Translations under genes and position numbers: made by a program
The notes under the pieces: generated by a model
Database searches by the model: none
What the model was told of the DNA's origin: nothing
What the model saw: the letters and a program-made list of their open reading frames with translations, nothing else
Assembly: GCF_006345805.1 (NCBI RefSeq)
Contig: NW_021833132.1
Span: 1 to 29,619 of the forward strand
Source: Octopus sinensis
Lineage: Eukaryota
Reading direction: 5' to 3'
Length of the DNA: 29,619 bases
Part shown: positions 1 to 9,814 of the stretch, piece by piece
How the letters are laid out: every line of letters begins with the position of its first letter
Position numbering within the stretch: position 1 is the first letter of the stretch

Positions 1-119
1 CGTAGAAACATTGCCAGATCAGACTGGCCTGGTGCAGCCTTCTGGCTTCTCAGAGCCTGTTTGAACCGTCCAACCCATGCTAGCATGGAAAGCGGACGCT
101 AAATGATGATGATGATGAT
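1..119 (+). mobile_element. 3' end of SINE family D with (GAT)n tail, cut by the window start
   Basis: Near-identical to 12597-12720 (tagaaacattgccagat...ccaacccatgctagcatgga...gatgatgat). Confidence 0.75.
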
Positions 120-429
120 ATATATATATATATATGCATGCATACAAGCATACTTGCATGTATATACTTATACACAAACATATATACATATACAAACCTA
201 CAGAAACATATAACTACATAGATACATACACACACGTACACATACGCAAGCATACATATATACGTGCATGTAAACAAACATACATGCATGCAAGCATGCA
301 TACACACATACATACATATACACATGCATGCATACATACATGTATTTATACACATACATATACATATATATATATATATATATAGATATAGTATATATAT
401 ATATATATATAGATGCATGGATTCATATA
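118..429. repeat. (TA)n/(CA)n/(TACA)n low-complexity tract
   Basis: Alternating purine-pyrimidine microsatellite read directly. Confidence 0.9.
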
Positions 430-787
430 CAGGAGTGGCTGTGTGGTAAGTAGCTTGCTTACCAACCACACGGTTCCGGTTTCGTCCCCTGCGTGGCACA
501 TTGGCAAGTGTCTTCTACTATAGCCCTCGGCCGACCAAAGCCTTGTGAGTGAATTTGGTAGACGGAAACTGAAAGAAGCCCGTCATATATATGTATATAT
601 ATATTATATATATATATGTGTTGTGTGTGTTTTTGTGTTTCTGTTGTCCCCCTAACGGTTCGGCAAAAAGACCGATAGAATAAGTACTGGGCTTACAAAC
701 GAATAAGTCCCGGGGTTGAGTTGCTCGATTAAAGGCGTGCTCCAGCATGGCCGCAGTCAATGACTGAAACAAGTAAAGAGTAAAAGA
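430..787 (+). mobile_element. tRNA-derived SINE family A, near full length
   Basis: Head ggagtggctgtgtggtaag (A-box-like) and ggttccggtt (B-box-like); CORE-like ttggcaagtgtctt; internal TA/TG tract; (gagtaaaa)n tail; >10 copies in window. Confidence 0.9.
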
Positions 788-1056
788 TTATATGCATACA
801 CACACAAGTATTCACATCCACATCCATACACATATACACTCACTCACATATACACACACATACACATACATACACTCGCGCGCTCACATAACCTATTCAT
901 ATTTCCCATTTATGGGGAGAGATATGAATAATGGACGTTCGGCCTGAGTCTTCCCGGGTACACTTCGTTGTCATGGCAACTGGCATGTTTGTATATGTCT
1001 ACTGTGAATAATTAACTGCTGAGCTGACGACTGGGCCACAAAAATAAATAAATAAT

Positions 1057-1184
1057 GGGAGGTGGTTGTGTGGTAAGATGTCTGCTTCCCAACACCATGG
1101 CTCTGAGTTCAGTCACACTGCGTGGCACCTTGGACCTTGGGAGTGGATTTGGTGGACGGAAACTGAAAGAAGCCTATCGTGTAT
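1057..1184 (+). mobile_element. SINE-A 5' half, interrupted by the Merlin element
   Basis: Head through gaaagaagcctatcgtgtat; the matching 3' half resumes at 5291. Confidence 0.7.
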
Positions 1185-1256
1185 GGGTACTGTTTGATTA
1201 TCTCGCACGCAATAAAAAACTGGGTTTATCTCCCTTCGTTTTATTAAAAAAAGTCA

Positions 1257-2036
1257 GATCTTTTCCTTTTGAACGGCACTTTCTAACATAATTTCTAGGT
1301 ACTAAAATGTTTTAAACTTCGTATACTGGTAAAAATGTGTTTATAAAACACATTTTCTCTTGGCTTTAATTGAAAATTCTATAGGTTGTAAGATATTTTG
1401 TCTGAAATTTCTTGCATTTCGGCAATTTTTTAACCAGTCGCTGAGTCCATTTAGCTAAATAACATTCTGTGCATAATGAATATGTCCCTCCTTTAGAAAC
1501 AGTTGGGTTTATTTACATTTGTGAAGAAAAAAGATACCTTTCCTTTCCCCAACCCACCCCTAACCCTAAAATAGATTGAAATGCAATAGATCGATACTAG
1601 GGCCATAATTAGGGACATTTTCATTGACACTGCTAGAAAAAATCCCATTTTCCGTAGCGCGGTGTCGTATGAAATTGTCACCATATTATAACCCTAGTAT
1701 CGATCTATTGCATTTCAATCTATTTAGAGTTAGGGTTAGGGGTTGGGGAATGTATCTTTTTTCTTCACAAATGTAAATAAACCCAATCTGTTTCTTAAAG
1801 GAGGGACATATTCATTATGCACAGAATGTTATTTAGCTAAATGGACTCCAGCGATTGGTTAAAATTGCCGAAATGCAAGAAATTTCAGACGAAATATCTT
1901 ACAAACTATAGAATTTTCTCAATAAAGCCAAGAGAAAATGATGTTTTATAAACACATTCTACCAGTATACGAAGTTTAAAACATTTTAGTTACCTAGAAA
2001 TTATGTTAGAAAGGGCCGTTAAAAGCGAAAAGATCC
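1257..2036. mobile_element. Fold-back MITE-like element (~780 bp, ~350-bp inverted arms)
   Basis: Left arm gatcttttccttttgaacggc..., right arm ...gccgttaaaagcgaaaagatcc; arms are reverse complements over ~350 bp around an ~80-bp spacer. Confidence 0.85.
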
Positions 2037-2191
2037 CATGGCTCTGGGTTTAGTCATACTGCGTGGCACCTTGTACCTTGGGAGTGGATTTGGTGGACGG
2101 AAACTGAAAGAAGCCTGTCATGGGTACTTTTTGGTTATCTTGCACCCAATAAAAAACTGGGTTTATCTCCCTTCGTTTTATTAAAAAAAGT
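2036..2191 (+). repeat. Diverged direct duplicate of 1095-1254 (SINE-A piece plus Merlin left TIR)
   Basis: Shares the private SINE deletion ggcaccttg(g/t)accttgggagtgg and aataaaaaactgggtttatctcccttcgttttattaaaaaaagt. Confidence 0.85.
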
Positions 2192-2320
2192 GTCTGTGCT
2201 TTTGGTTATGTCCCCCAATTAAAAATATTGTTTAATCCTCAATAAAACAACAAAAATGAAAAAATAAACAAACACGAAAACTGAAAAAAATAATAAACAT
2301 GAAAATTGAAAATATTAAAC

Positions 2321-2737
2321 GTAGGAGTGGCTGTGTGGTAAGTAGCTTGCTTACCAACCACATGGTTCCGGGTTCAGTCCCACTGCGTGGCACCTTGGTC
2401 AAGTGTCTTCTACTATAGCCTCGGGCCGACCAAAGCCTTGTGAGTGGATTTGGTAGACAGAAACTGAAAGAAGCCCGTTGTATATATGTATATATATAAT
2501 ATATATATATGTGTGCGTGTGTGTATATATGTTTGTGTGTGTGTTTGTTCCCCCAACATCGCTTGACAACCGATGCTGGTGTGTTTACGTCCCCGTAACT
2601 TAGCGGATCGGCAAAAGAGACCGATAGAATAAGTTCTAGGCATACAAAGAATGTCATGGGGTTGATTTGCTCGACTAAAGGTGATGCTCCAGCATGGCCA
2701 CAGTGAAATGACTGAAACAAGTAAAAGAGTAAAGAGT
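2321..2737 (+). mobile_element. SINE-A, full length
   Basis: Matches family A head, body and tail. Confidence 0.9.
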
Positions 2738-2742
2738 ATCTT

Positions 2743-3139
2743 GGATCTTTTCGATTTGAACGGCAGTTTTTTTCTAGCGGTGTCATATGAAATTGTCACC
2801 GATAATTATGACCCTAGTATCGATCTATTGCCTTTCAATCTATTTTAGTGTTATGGTTAGGATTAGGGGTGGGGGGAAGGGTATCTTTTTTTCTTTAGAC
2901 ATGTAAATAAACCCAATCTGTTTCTTAAATGTTTTCACCTCAATAGACGTCATTGATTGGTTGAAAATGCAGAAATTAAAGAAAAAAAACAACAAATATC
3001 TTACAAATTATAGAATTTTCTCAATAAAGCCAAGAGAAAAAGATGTTTTATAAATACATTCTACCAGTATACGAAGTTTAAAAGTGTTTAGTTACGTGGA
3101 AATTATTTTAAAAAACTGCCGTTCAAACCGAAAAGATCC
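2743..3139. mobile_element. Internally deleted copy of the 1257-2036 MITE family
   Basis: Termini ggatcttttcgatttgaacggcag / ctgccgttcaaaccgaaaagatcc; left arm mostly deleted, centre and right arm homologous. Confidence 0.85.
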
Positions 3140-3378
3140 AACATCTTATTGAATCTGATACTATTTTTATAACAAATCGTAGAATGGCTATTGAGGAGGC
3201 CAAAAGTCAACAATGTGTTGAAGTATTGAATCAAAAGGAAGATCTAAGTCTTTTAATCGAATCTCTTGTCGCCACATAACCTTGCACATATATGAGTCTA
3301 GTAGACCTTTGCGGGTGCCATTTTGTCATTTTTTTTTTCTTAGCCCTCTTCCAAAGTCTTTCAATATTTTGGGTGTGA

Positions 3379-3796
3379 AGGCGGTGAGGTGGCAGAAACG
3401 TGAACACGCCGGGTGAAATGCTTAGCAGTATTTCGTCTGTCTTTACGTTCTGAGTTCAAATTCCGTTGAGATCGACTTTGTCATTCATCCTTTCGGGGTC
3501 GATTAAATAAATGCACTGGGGTTGATATAAATCGACTTAATCCCTTTGTCTGTCCTTGTTTGTCCCTTCTATGTTTAGCCCCTTGTGAGCAATAAAGAAA
3601 TAAGAAACGTGAACACGCCGGGTGAAATGCTTAGCAGTATTTCGTCTGTCTTTATGTTCTGAGTTCAAATTCCGTTGAGATCGACTTTGTCATTCATCCT
3701 TTCGGGGTCGATTAAATAAGCACCACTGGGGTCATTATAATCAACTTATTTCCCTATCTGTCTTTGTTTGTTCCCTCTGTGGGCAATAAAGAAATA
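3379..3796 (+). mobile_element. SINE-B dimer (209-bp period) with 16-bp TSD
   Basis: Head ggcggtgaggtggcagaaac; second unit restarts at agaaacgtg (3603); TSD aatattttgggtgtga (3363-3378) / aatatttttggtgtga (3797-3812). Confidence 0.85.
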
Positions 3797-3893
3797 AATA
3801 TTTTTGGTGTGAGCTGTATTAGTACGATTGACAAAGTGTAAAGAATCGTTACAGACCATTCGTCATTTATGATGGTAGTACTTGGACTTATAC

Positions 3894-4297
3894 TCTTCTC
3901 TCTTTTACTTGTTTCAGTCATTTGACTGCGGCCATGCTGGAGCACCGCCTTTAGTCGAGCAAATCGACCCCGGGACTTATTCTTTGTAAGCCCAGTACTT
4001 ATTCTATCGGTCTCTTTTGCCGAACCGCTAAGTGACGGGGACGTAAACACGCCAGCATCGGTTGTCATGCAATGCTAGGGGGGCACAAACACAGACACAC
4101 AAACATATACACACACTTATATATATATATATACATATATACGACAGGCTTCTTTCAGTTTCCGTCTACCAAATCCACTCACAAGGCTTTGGTCGGCCCG
4201 AGGCTATAGCAGAAGACACTTGCCCAAGATGCCACACAGTGGGACTGAACCCGGAACCATGTGGTTGGTAGACAGGCTACTTACCACACAGCCACTT
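3894..4297 (-). mobile_element. SINE-A, full length, inside the Merlin ORF
   Basis: Reverse complement of family A; separates IIENNI from SPSTTIINDEW. Confidence 0.9.
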
Positions 4298-4535
4298 ATA
4301 TTATTTTCTATTATTGGAAGAAATGTTGTCGCAGACCTGTCAAGGAACAAAAAACATGAAACATGCTTTTGTTTCTCTACAAACACCTCCAAAAATCCAT
4401 TGCTGAGGTAGTTGACATCCGACACAATTTTTTTCTTTTAGTGAAGAAACTTTCATCAATTTCACCAGCCATGTAGGGTCCTCCAAACACTCTTGGGTTA
4501 GCCAAAATATGTGCGGCACAAACTTCTCTCAAATA

Positions 4536-4735
4536 TACATTATTTACATTTGATGGATATTTGTCCTCATCTTGTTTGTTGGTAACACAACGTTTCGGCT
4601 GATATACCCTCCAGCCTTCATCAGGTGTCTTGGGAAAACTTCGATCCTGGATTCTCATTCCTAAGGTATTTTTTTCGATGATGATGATGATGATAATAAT
4701 AATAGTAATAATAATAATAATGATAATAATTATAA
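4536..4735 (-). mobile_element. Penelope-like element terminal fragment with (ATT/ATC)n tract
   Basis: Interrupts Merlin and carries a minimal hammerhead motif typical of PLE repeats; class assignment is inferred from that motif. Confidence 0.55.
4584..4629 (-). ncRNA. Minimal type I hammerhead ribozyme motif
   Basis: 5'-GACAC CUGAUGA A GGCUG gagggUaUaU CAGCC GAAAC GU U GUGUU-3': stem I GACAC/GUGUU, full core, 5-bp stem II, palindromic ACGU stem III. Confidence 0.7.
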
Positions 4736-4879
4736 GTGACAACAAAAGAATGAGGTACAGGAAAACAATCAGGCAAATAAATAAGACAAAACAAAATCGT
4801 TGAGTTCATAGGCAGTGGAAGATAAACCCAATTTATAAGTTGGGAGATAACCCAATTTTTTAATAGAAATCTTTTAATG

Positions 4880-5271
4880 GGCACAGGAGTGGCTGTGTGG
4901 TAAGTAGCTTGCTAACCAACCACATGGTTCCAGGTTCAGTCCCACTGCGTGGCACCTTGGGCAAGTGTCTTCTACTATAGCCTCGGGCCGACCAAAGCCT
5001 TGTGAGAGGATTTGGTAGACGGAAACTGAAAGAAGCCCGTCGTATATATGTATATATATGCGTGTGTGTGTTTGTCCCCCTAGCATTGCTTGACAACCGA
5101 TGCTGGTGTCCCCGTTACTCAGCGGTTCGGCAAAAGAGACCGATAGAATAAGTACTGGGCTTACAAAAGAATAAGTCCCGGGGGTCGAGTTGCTCGATTA
5201 AAGGCGGTGCTCCAGCATGGCCGCAGTCAAATGACTGAAACAAGTAAAAGAGTAAAAGAGAGAGTAAAGAG
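4880..5271 (+). mobile_element. SINE-A, full length, inserted in the Merlin right TIR region
   Basis: Family A match. Confidence 0.9.
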
Positions 5272-5290
5272 AGATAGCCAAAAAGTATCC

Positions 5291-5385
5291 ATGTGTATGT
5301 GTGTGTGTGTGTGCTTGACAACCGGTTTTGGCTAGTTTACATCCCCCTAATATTAGCGGATCGGCAAAAGAGACGGATAGAGTAA
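5291..5385 (+). mobile_element. SINE-A 3' half (continuation of 1057-1184)
   Basis: (TG)n then cttgacaaccgg...cggatcggcaaaagagacggatag. Confidence 0.65.
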
Positions 5386-5520
5386 TCAACAACACCAGAG
5401 AGGTGTTTGTAGAAAATTTCATTTCAAAATAACCCTTTTTCTGAAAGTTACCAGGAAATAAAACCGACTCGTATGAACTATCCGAAACACATTTCCTCAC
5501 AGCTTCCGAATAAAAGTATA

Positions 5521-6034
5521 CCGTAAATCCTCGAGTATAGTCCGCCCTTGGGTATAATACGCAGGGGATTTTTAGGGGGCCGTACCTCTGAACAACCTAA
5601 ACCTTGTGTATAACACGCACCCCTTCTCTAACATGAGCCAATGAGGTCTATATAACGTCCTTGGTTTGTAAAAATGTATACGGTAACGTCCTTTATTATT
5701 ATTGTATATATAACATAATGCAAACGTGTAGCTTTTTTGTGCATTTTGTTTGCAGAAAATAAAGAAATAACAGTAATAACGTTTAATAAATGTTGCTTAC
5801 TGCAAGTTATGGATGATTCTTTTATGACTTCATTGCTTTCAGGCTTAGCTTAAGGTATTTTCGAGCCCGACATCACAAAATGCGTCTGAATAAACATTGC
5901 CGGACGGCAAATAGAGACTCGGACATTGCTTAGAAAATAATTTTCATTTTAAACCTCGTGTATAATGCGCACTAGGGATTTTTGCCCTTTAAATTTTGGG
6001 GAGGAAAATGCGGATTGTACTCGAGGTTTTACGG
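5521..6034. mobile_element. Non-autonomous Tc1/mariner (pogo/Tigger-like) element
   Basis: TIRs ccgtaaatcctcgagtatagtccgc / gcggattgtactcgaggttttacgg; TA on the left, degenerate on the right. Confidence 0.7.
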
Positions 6035-6290
6035 TTATCGGAATTGACGTCATCTGGAAGGTCTTTGTAGAAAATTTAATTGAAAAAAAATATCTATTTT
6101 TCTAAAAGTCATGAGGAAACAAACTCGATGGGGTGCACGTTTGTGTTAGCTATGCCGACGCAAGCCAGCATACTGGTACCCTGTCGGTTACGACGACAAG
6201 TGTTCAAGTCCATTCAATCAACGGAACGGCCTGCTCGTGAAATTAACATGCAAGTGGATGAGGACCTCTCAGACACGCAACCCTTTTGCG

Positions 6291-6530
6291 TGCTGGTGGT
6301 GGTGATGTTAGTGGTGGTCTTAGTGATGGTGGTGGTGGTGGTGATTTTAGTGGTGGTCTTAGTGATGGTGGTGGTTTTGGCAATGACGGGATAGGGATGA
6401 GGTAATAGTGGTTGTGGTGGTGGTGGTGGCGGTGGTGATATCGATGGTGACAGTGATGGTAATAATGGTAGTGGTGGTGGTGGTGGTGTTACTGATGGTT
6501 GTGGTTGTGGTACGGGAGTATAAGGAAGCT
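6291..6530. repeat. (GGT)n-rich low-complexity block homologous to 9875-10095
   Basis: Shared non-repetitive motifs such as gatagggatgaggtaatagtgg and gtacgggagtataaggaagctg. Confidence 0.75.
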
Positions 6531-6757
6531 GATGGTATTGAGTTCAAATTCCGCCAAGGTTAATGTAACCCTCAGGGAGGTTCAGCATGGGGCAGAATGC
6601 GAGAAGGCTGGCTCCCTTTGAATTGCTGGTACAAACCCACTTTTGCCAAATGCATAAACTACAGTAACACGAAATAAAAATGTCTTGCTCAAGGACACAT
6701 CGCGCCGCCGGGAATCGAACTCACGACCTTGCGATCGTAAATCGGATACCCTTAACC

Positions 6758-7172
6758 TATTTCTTTACTACCCACAAGGAGCTAAACATAGAGGGGACAA
6801 ACAAGGACAGACATAGGTATTAAGTCGATTACATCGACACCAGTGCGTAACTGGTATTTAATTTATCGACCCCGAAAGGATGAAAGGCAAAGTCGACCTC
6901 GGCGGAATTTGAACTCAGAACGTAGCGGCAGACGAAATACCTATTTCTTTATTACCCACAAGGGGCTAAACACAGAGGGTACAAACAAGGACAGACATAG
7001 GTATTAAGTCGATTACATCGACCCCAGTGCGTAACTGGTACTTTAATTTATCGACCCCGAAAGGATGAAAGGCAAAGTCGACCTCGGCGGAATTTGAACT
7101 CAGAACGTAACGGCAGACGAAATACCGCTAAGCATTTCGCCCGGCGTGCTAACGTTTCTGCCAGCTCGCCGC
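6758..7172 (-). mobile_element. SINE-B head plus two 184-bp units with perfect 19-bp TSD
   Basis: TSD aaatcggatacccttaacc at 6739-6757 and 7173-7191; unit starts cctatt at 6756 and 6940. Confidence 0.9.
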
Positions 7173-7399
7173 AAATCGGATACCCTTAACCACTAAACCA
7201 CACACCTTCGCCGTGGCCAACACGAAGGCAAACATACAGATGTTTAAATAATAAATGTACTCAAATCAGGGAATGAGATATGTAACAGCAAATTAATTCA
7301 TGAAATCACGCCTCCCCTCTCTCTATCTTTCTGTCTTTGGTCATATAAGTCATAAAAGTATTATGTATAATAATATACTTCTATATAACAGTGCGCATA

Positions 7400-7489
7400 A
7401 ATCTAGACTTCGGCGCGTGTATATATACATATATATATACATATATATATGTACGTTAGTCCCTATATATATGTATATATATATATACA

Positions 7490-7521
<32 letters not shown>

Positions 7522-7535
7522 CGTTAGGCCCTATA
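7400..7535. repeat. (TA)n tract with repeated gtacgttag(t/g)ccctata
   Basis: Direct reading. Confidence 0.8.
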
Positions 7536-8039
7536 TATTTTATTGTGTGGGAGAAGCACCGATATGTGCTTTTGATGAGCGGAATTTAGGTATATTGCCT
7601 ACAGTTTAGCTTTATTACCTTCCTCATGAATAAAAGTCGGCGAAGATCAATAAAATGTATCATACAAATGCTAGTGTTTATTGAGAAAGAAGTCAGAGTA
7701 CAAATAATTTAATATATTTTTACGTCTGTCTCTGTGTCTGTCTGAGCTGTTTCCTTGTCGTTTGCAACTGCGACATTTATCAACTGAGGTGTCTACCAAA
7801 CGGCTTCTTTAATATCGAGAACTTACAAATCTTTTTATTATATTCATTGTTGACAACCGACCGGAATAATCCGTCCATAGATATTATTAAGTACGTTTAA
7901 AATAGATGGAAATTTTTGACAAAATTCCTTTCGATTATTTAGGGGCGGATGTAACGTTCTGAGTTTCAAATCCCGCCGAGGTGGTTAAATTTGCTTTCGC
8001 CCTTCCGGAAGTGATAAAACTAAAAACCTGTTAAATATT

Positions 8040-8135
8040 CGTTTCTATTCTAGGCACAAGGCCCGAAATTTTAGGGGAGGGGGGGCAGTCGATTCGATCG
8101 ACCCTAGTACGCAACTGGTACTTAATTTATCGACT
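8040..8135 (-). mobile_element. 3' part of the minus-strand SINE-B variant that hosts the U6 cassette
   Basis: Reverse complement of gtcgataaattaagtaccagttgcgtactagggtcgat...; continues at 9197. Confidence 0.75.
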
Positions 8136-8214
8136 AGCTACGGCGGTACATATTCTAAAATTGGAACGATATAGAGAAGATTAGCATGGCCCTTGCGCAA
8201 GGATGACACGCAAA
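8132..8214 (+). pseudogene. U6: 3'-truncated U6 snRNA retropseudogene followed by poly(A)
   Basis: gctacggcggtacatattctaaaattggaacgatatagagaagattagcatggcccttgcgcaaggatgacacgcaaa aligns to U6 up to ...GACACGCAAA; ACAGAGA box mutated to ATAGAGA; last ~20 nt absent; A18 at 8212-8229. Confidence 0.92.
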
Positions 8215-8230
8215 AAAAAAAAAAAAAAAG

Positions 8231-9196
8231 GGCGGCGAGCTGGCAGATTCGTTAGCACGCCGGGCGAAATGCTTAGCCGTGTTTCGTCTGCCGTTACGTT
8301 CTGGGTTCAAATTCCGCCGAGGTCGACTTTCCTTTCATCCTTTCGGGGCCGATAAATTAAGTACCAGTTACGCACTGGGGTCGATGTATTCGACTTAATA
8401 CCTATGTCTGTCCTTGTTTGTCCTCTCTGTGTTTAGCCCCTTGTGGCTAATAAAGAAATAGGTATTTCGTCTGCCGTTACGTTCTGAGTTCAAATTCCGC
8501 CGAGGTCGACTTTGCCTTTCATCCTTTCGGGGCCGATAAATTAAGTACCAGTTACGCACTAGGGTCGATGTATTCGACTTAATACCTATGTCTGTCCTTG
8601 TTTGTCCTCTCTGTGTTTAGCCCCTTCTGGGTAATAAAGAAATAGGTATTTCGTCTGCCGTTACGTTCTGAGTTCAAATTCCGCCGAGGTCGACTTTGCC
8701 TTTCATCCTTTCGGGGTCGATAAATTAAGTACCAGTTACGCACTGGGGTCGATGTATTCGACTTAATACCTATGTCTGTCCTTGTTTGTCCTCTCTGTGT
8801 TAAGCCCCTTGTGGGTAATAAAGAAATAGGTATTTCTTCTGCCGTTACGTTCTGAGTTCAAATTCCGCCGAGGTCGACTTTGCCTTTCATCCTTTCGGGG
8901 TCGATAAATTAAGTACCAGTTACGCACTGGGGTCGATGTATTCGACTTAATACCTTTGTCTGTCCTTGTTTGTCCTCTCTGTGTTTAGCCCCTTGTGGGT
9001 AATAAAGAAATAGGTATTTCGTCTGCCGTTACGTTCTGAGTTCAGATTCCGCCGAGGTCGACTTTGCCTTTCATCCTTTCGGAGTCGATAAATTAAGTAC
9101 CAGTTACGCACTGGGGTCGATGTATTCAACTTAATACCTATGTCTGTCCTTGTTTGTTCTCTCTGTGTTTAGCCCCTTGTGGGTAGTAAAGAAATA
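8231..9196 (+). mobile_element. SINE-B head plus five near-identical tandem 184-bp units
   Basis: Unit starts ~8278, 8461, 8645, 8829, 9013; ends aaagaaata at 9196; A-box-like tggcagattcgttag and B-box-like gagttcaaattcc. Confidence 0.92.
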
Positions 9197-9573
9197 GGTA
9201 CTTAATTTGTCGACTCCGAAAGGATGAAAGGCAAAGTCGACCTCGGTAGAATTTGAACTCAGAACGTAAAAACTGACGAAATACCTATTTCTTTACTACC
9301 CACAAGGGGCTAAACATAGAGGGGACAAACAAGGACAGACAAAGGGATTAAGTCGATTATATCGACTCCAGTGCATAACTGGTACTTAATTTATCGACGC
9401 CGAAAGGATGAAAGGCAAAGTCGATCTCGGCGGAATTTGAACTCAGAACGTATCGGCAGACGAAATACCTATTTCTTTACTACCCACAAGGGGCTAAACA
9501 CAGAGAGGACAAACAGACGGATTAAGTCGACTATATCGACCTCAGTGCGTAACTGGTACTTATTTAATCGACT
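9197..9573 (-). mobile_element. Minus-strand SINE-B multimer with divergent units
   Basis: Two gacgaaatac|ctatttcttt junctions; the units differ from one another. Confidence 0.85.
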
Positions 9574-9579
9574 ACCTCT

Positions 9580-9637
9580 AACGTCCACTACCGTCACAAC
9601 CACCACTGCCACTATGACAAGCACATCGAACATCACC

Positions 9638-9669
<32 letters not shown>

Positions 9670-9700
9670 CAACACCACCAGCACCGCCACCACAAATCCC
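9580..9700. repeat. (ACC/AAC)n low-complexity tract
   Basis: Direct reading. Confidence 0.8.
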
Positions 9701-9814
9701 CAGCTGATGGAAGATCGGGTGAAAACCTTACACGGCTGATAATAAAAGAATAATAGCGAGTACAATGAAATGAGAGAATGATTCATATCTGATGGTGCGA
9801 ATAGATTGTATTCG

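Larger units (their letters stand above)
3188..4535 (-). pseudogene. Merlin DDE transposase pseudogene in three pieces split by SINEs
   Basis: Minus-strand translation with frameshifts: YLREVCAAHILANPRVFGGPYMAGEIDESFFTKRK, QQWIFGGVCRETKACF, DRSATTFLPIIENNI, SPSTTIINDEW, AHTQNIERLWKRAKKK, NGTRKGLLDSYMCKVMWR..PFDSILQHIVDFWPPQ* (stop 3188-3190). Typical ISXO2/Merlin motifs with D-D-E residues. Confidence 0.85.
1185..5290 (-). mobile_element. Decayed Merlin-superfamily (IS1595/ISXO2-like) DNA transposon with nested insertions
   Basis: Imperfect TIRs gggtactgtttgattatc (1185; second copy gggtactttttggttatc at 2122) and gatagccaaaaagtatcc (ends 5290); candidate 8-bp TSD tcgtgtat/atgtgtat; internal transposase remnants. 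Confidence 0.7.
6165..7215 (-). mobile_element. Old tRNA-derived SINE (C-like 3' tail) broken by two insertions
   Basis: Minus head ggtttagtggttaagggtatccgatttacgatcgcaaggtcgtgagttcgattcccgg; CORE-like gtgtccttgagcaagac; tail at 6180-6290 shared with family C. Confidence 0.65.

Noticed and set aside
80-499. ORFs rich in YI/HT/VC, and poly-V/T/G ORFs at 6080-6547, 9371-10126 and 16303-16719
   Set aside because: Microsatellite and trinucleotide low-complexity translations.
1555-1745. Telomeric TTAGGG repeats
   Set aside because: Only about two units, lying inside the MITE arms.
8132-8229. Functional U6 snRNA gene
   Set aside because: 3' end missing, ACAGAGA box mutated, poly(A) attached, and the upstream sequence is a SINE rather than a snRNA promoter.
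8278-9196. CRISPR-like array or hammerhead retrozyme
   Set aside because: Units are whole-length repeats with no unique spacers, and I found no CUGANGA core on either strand of the unit.
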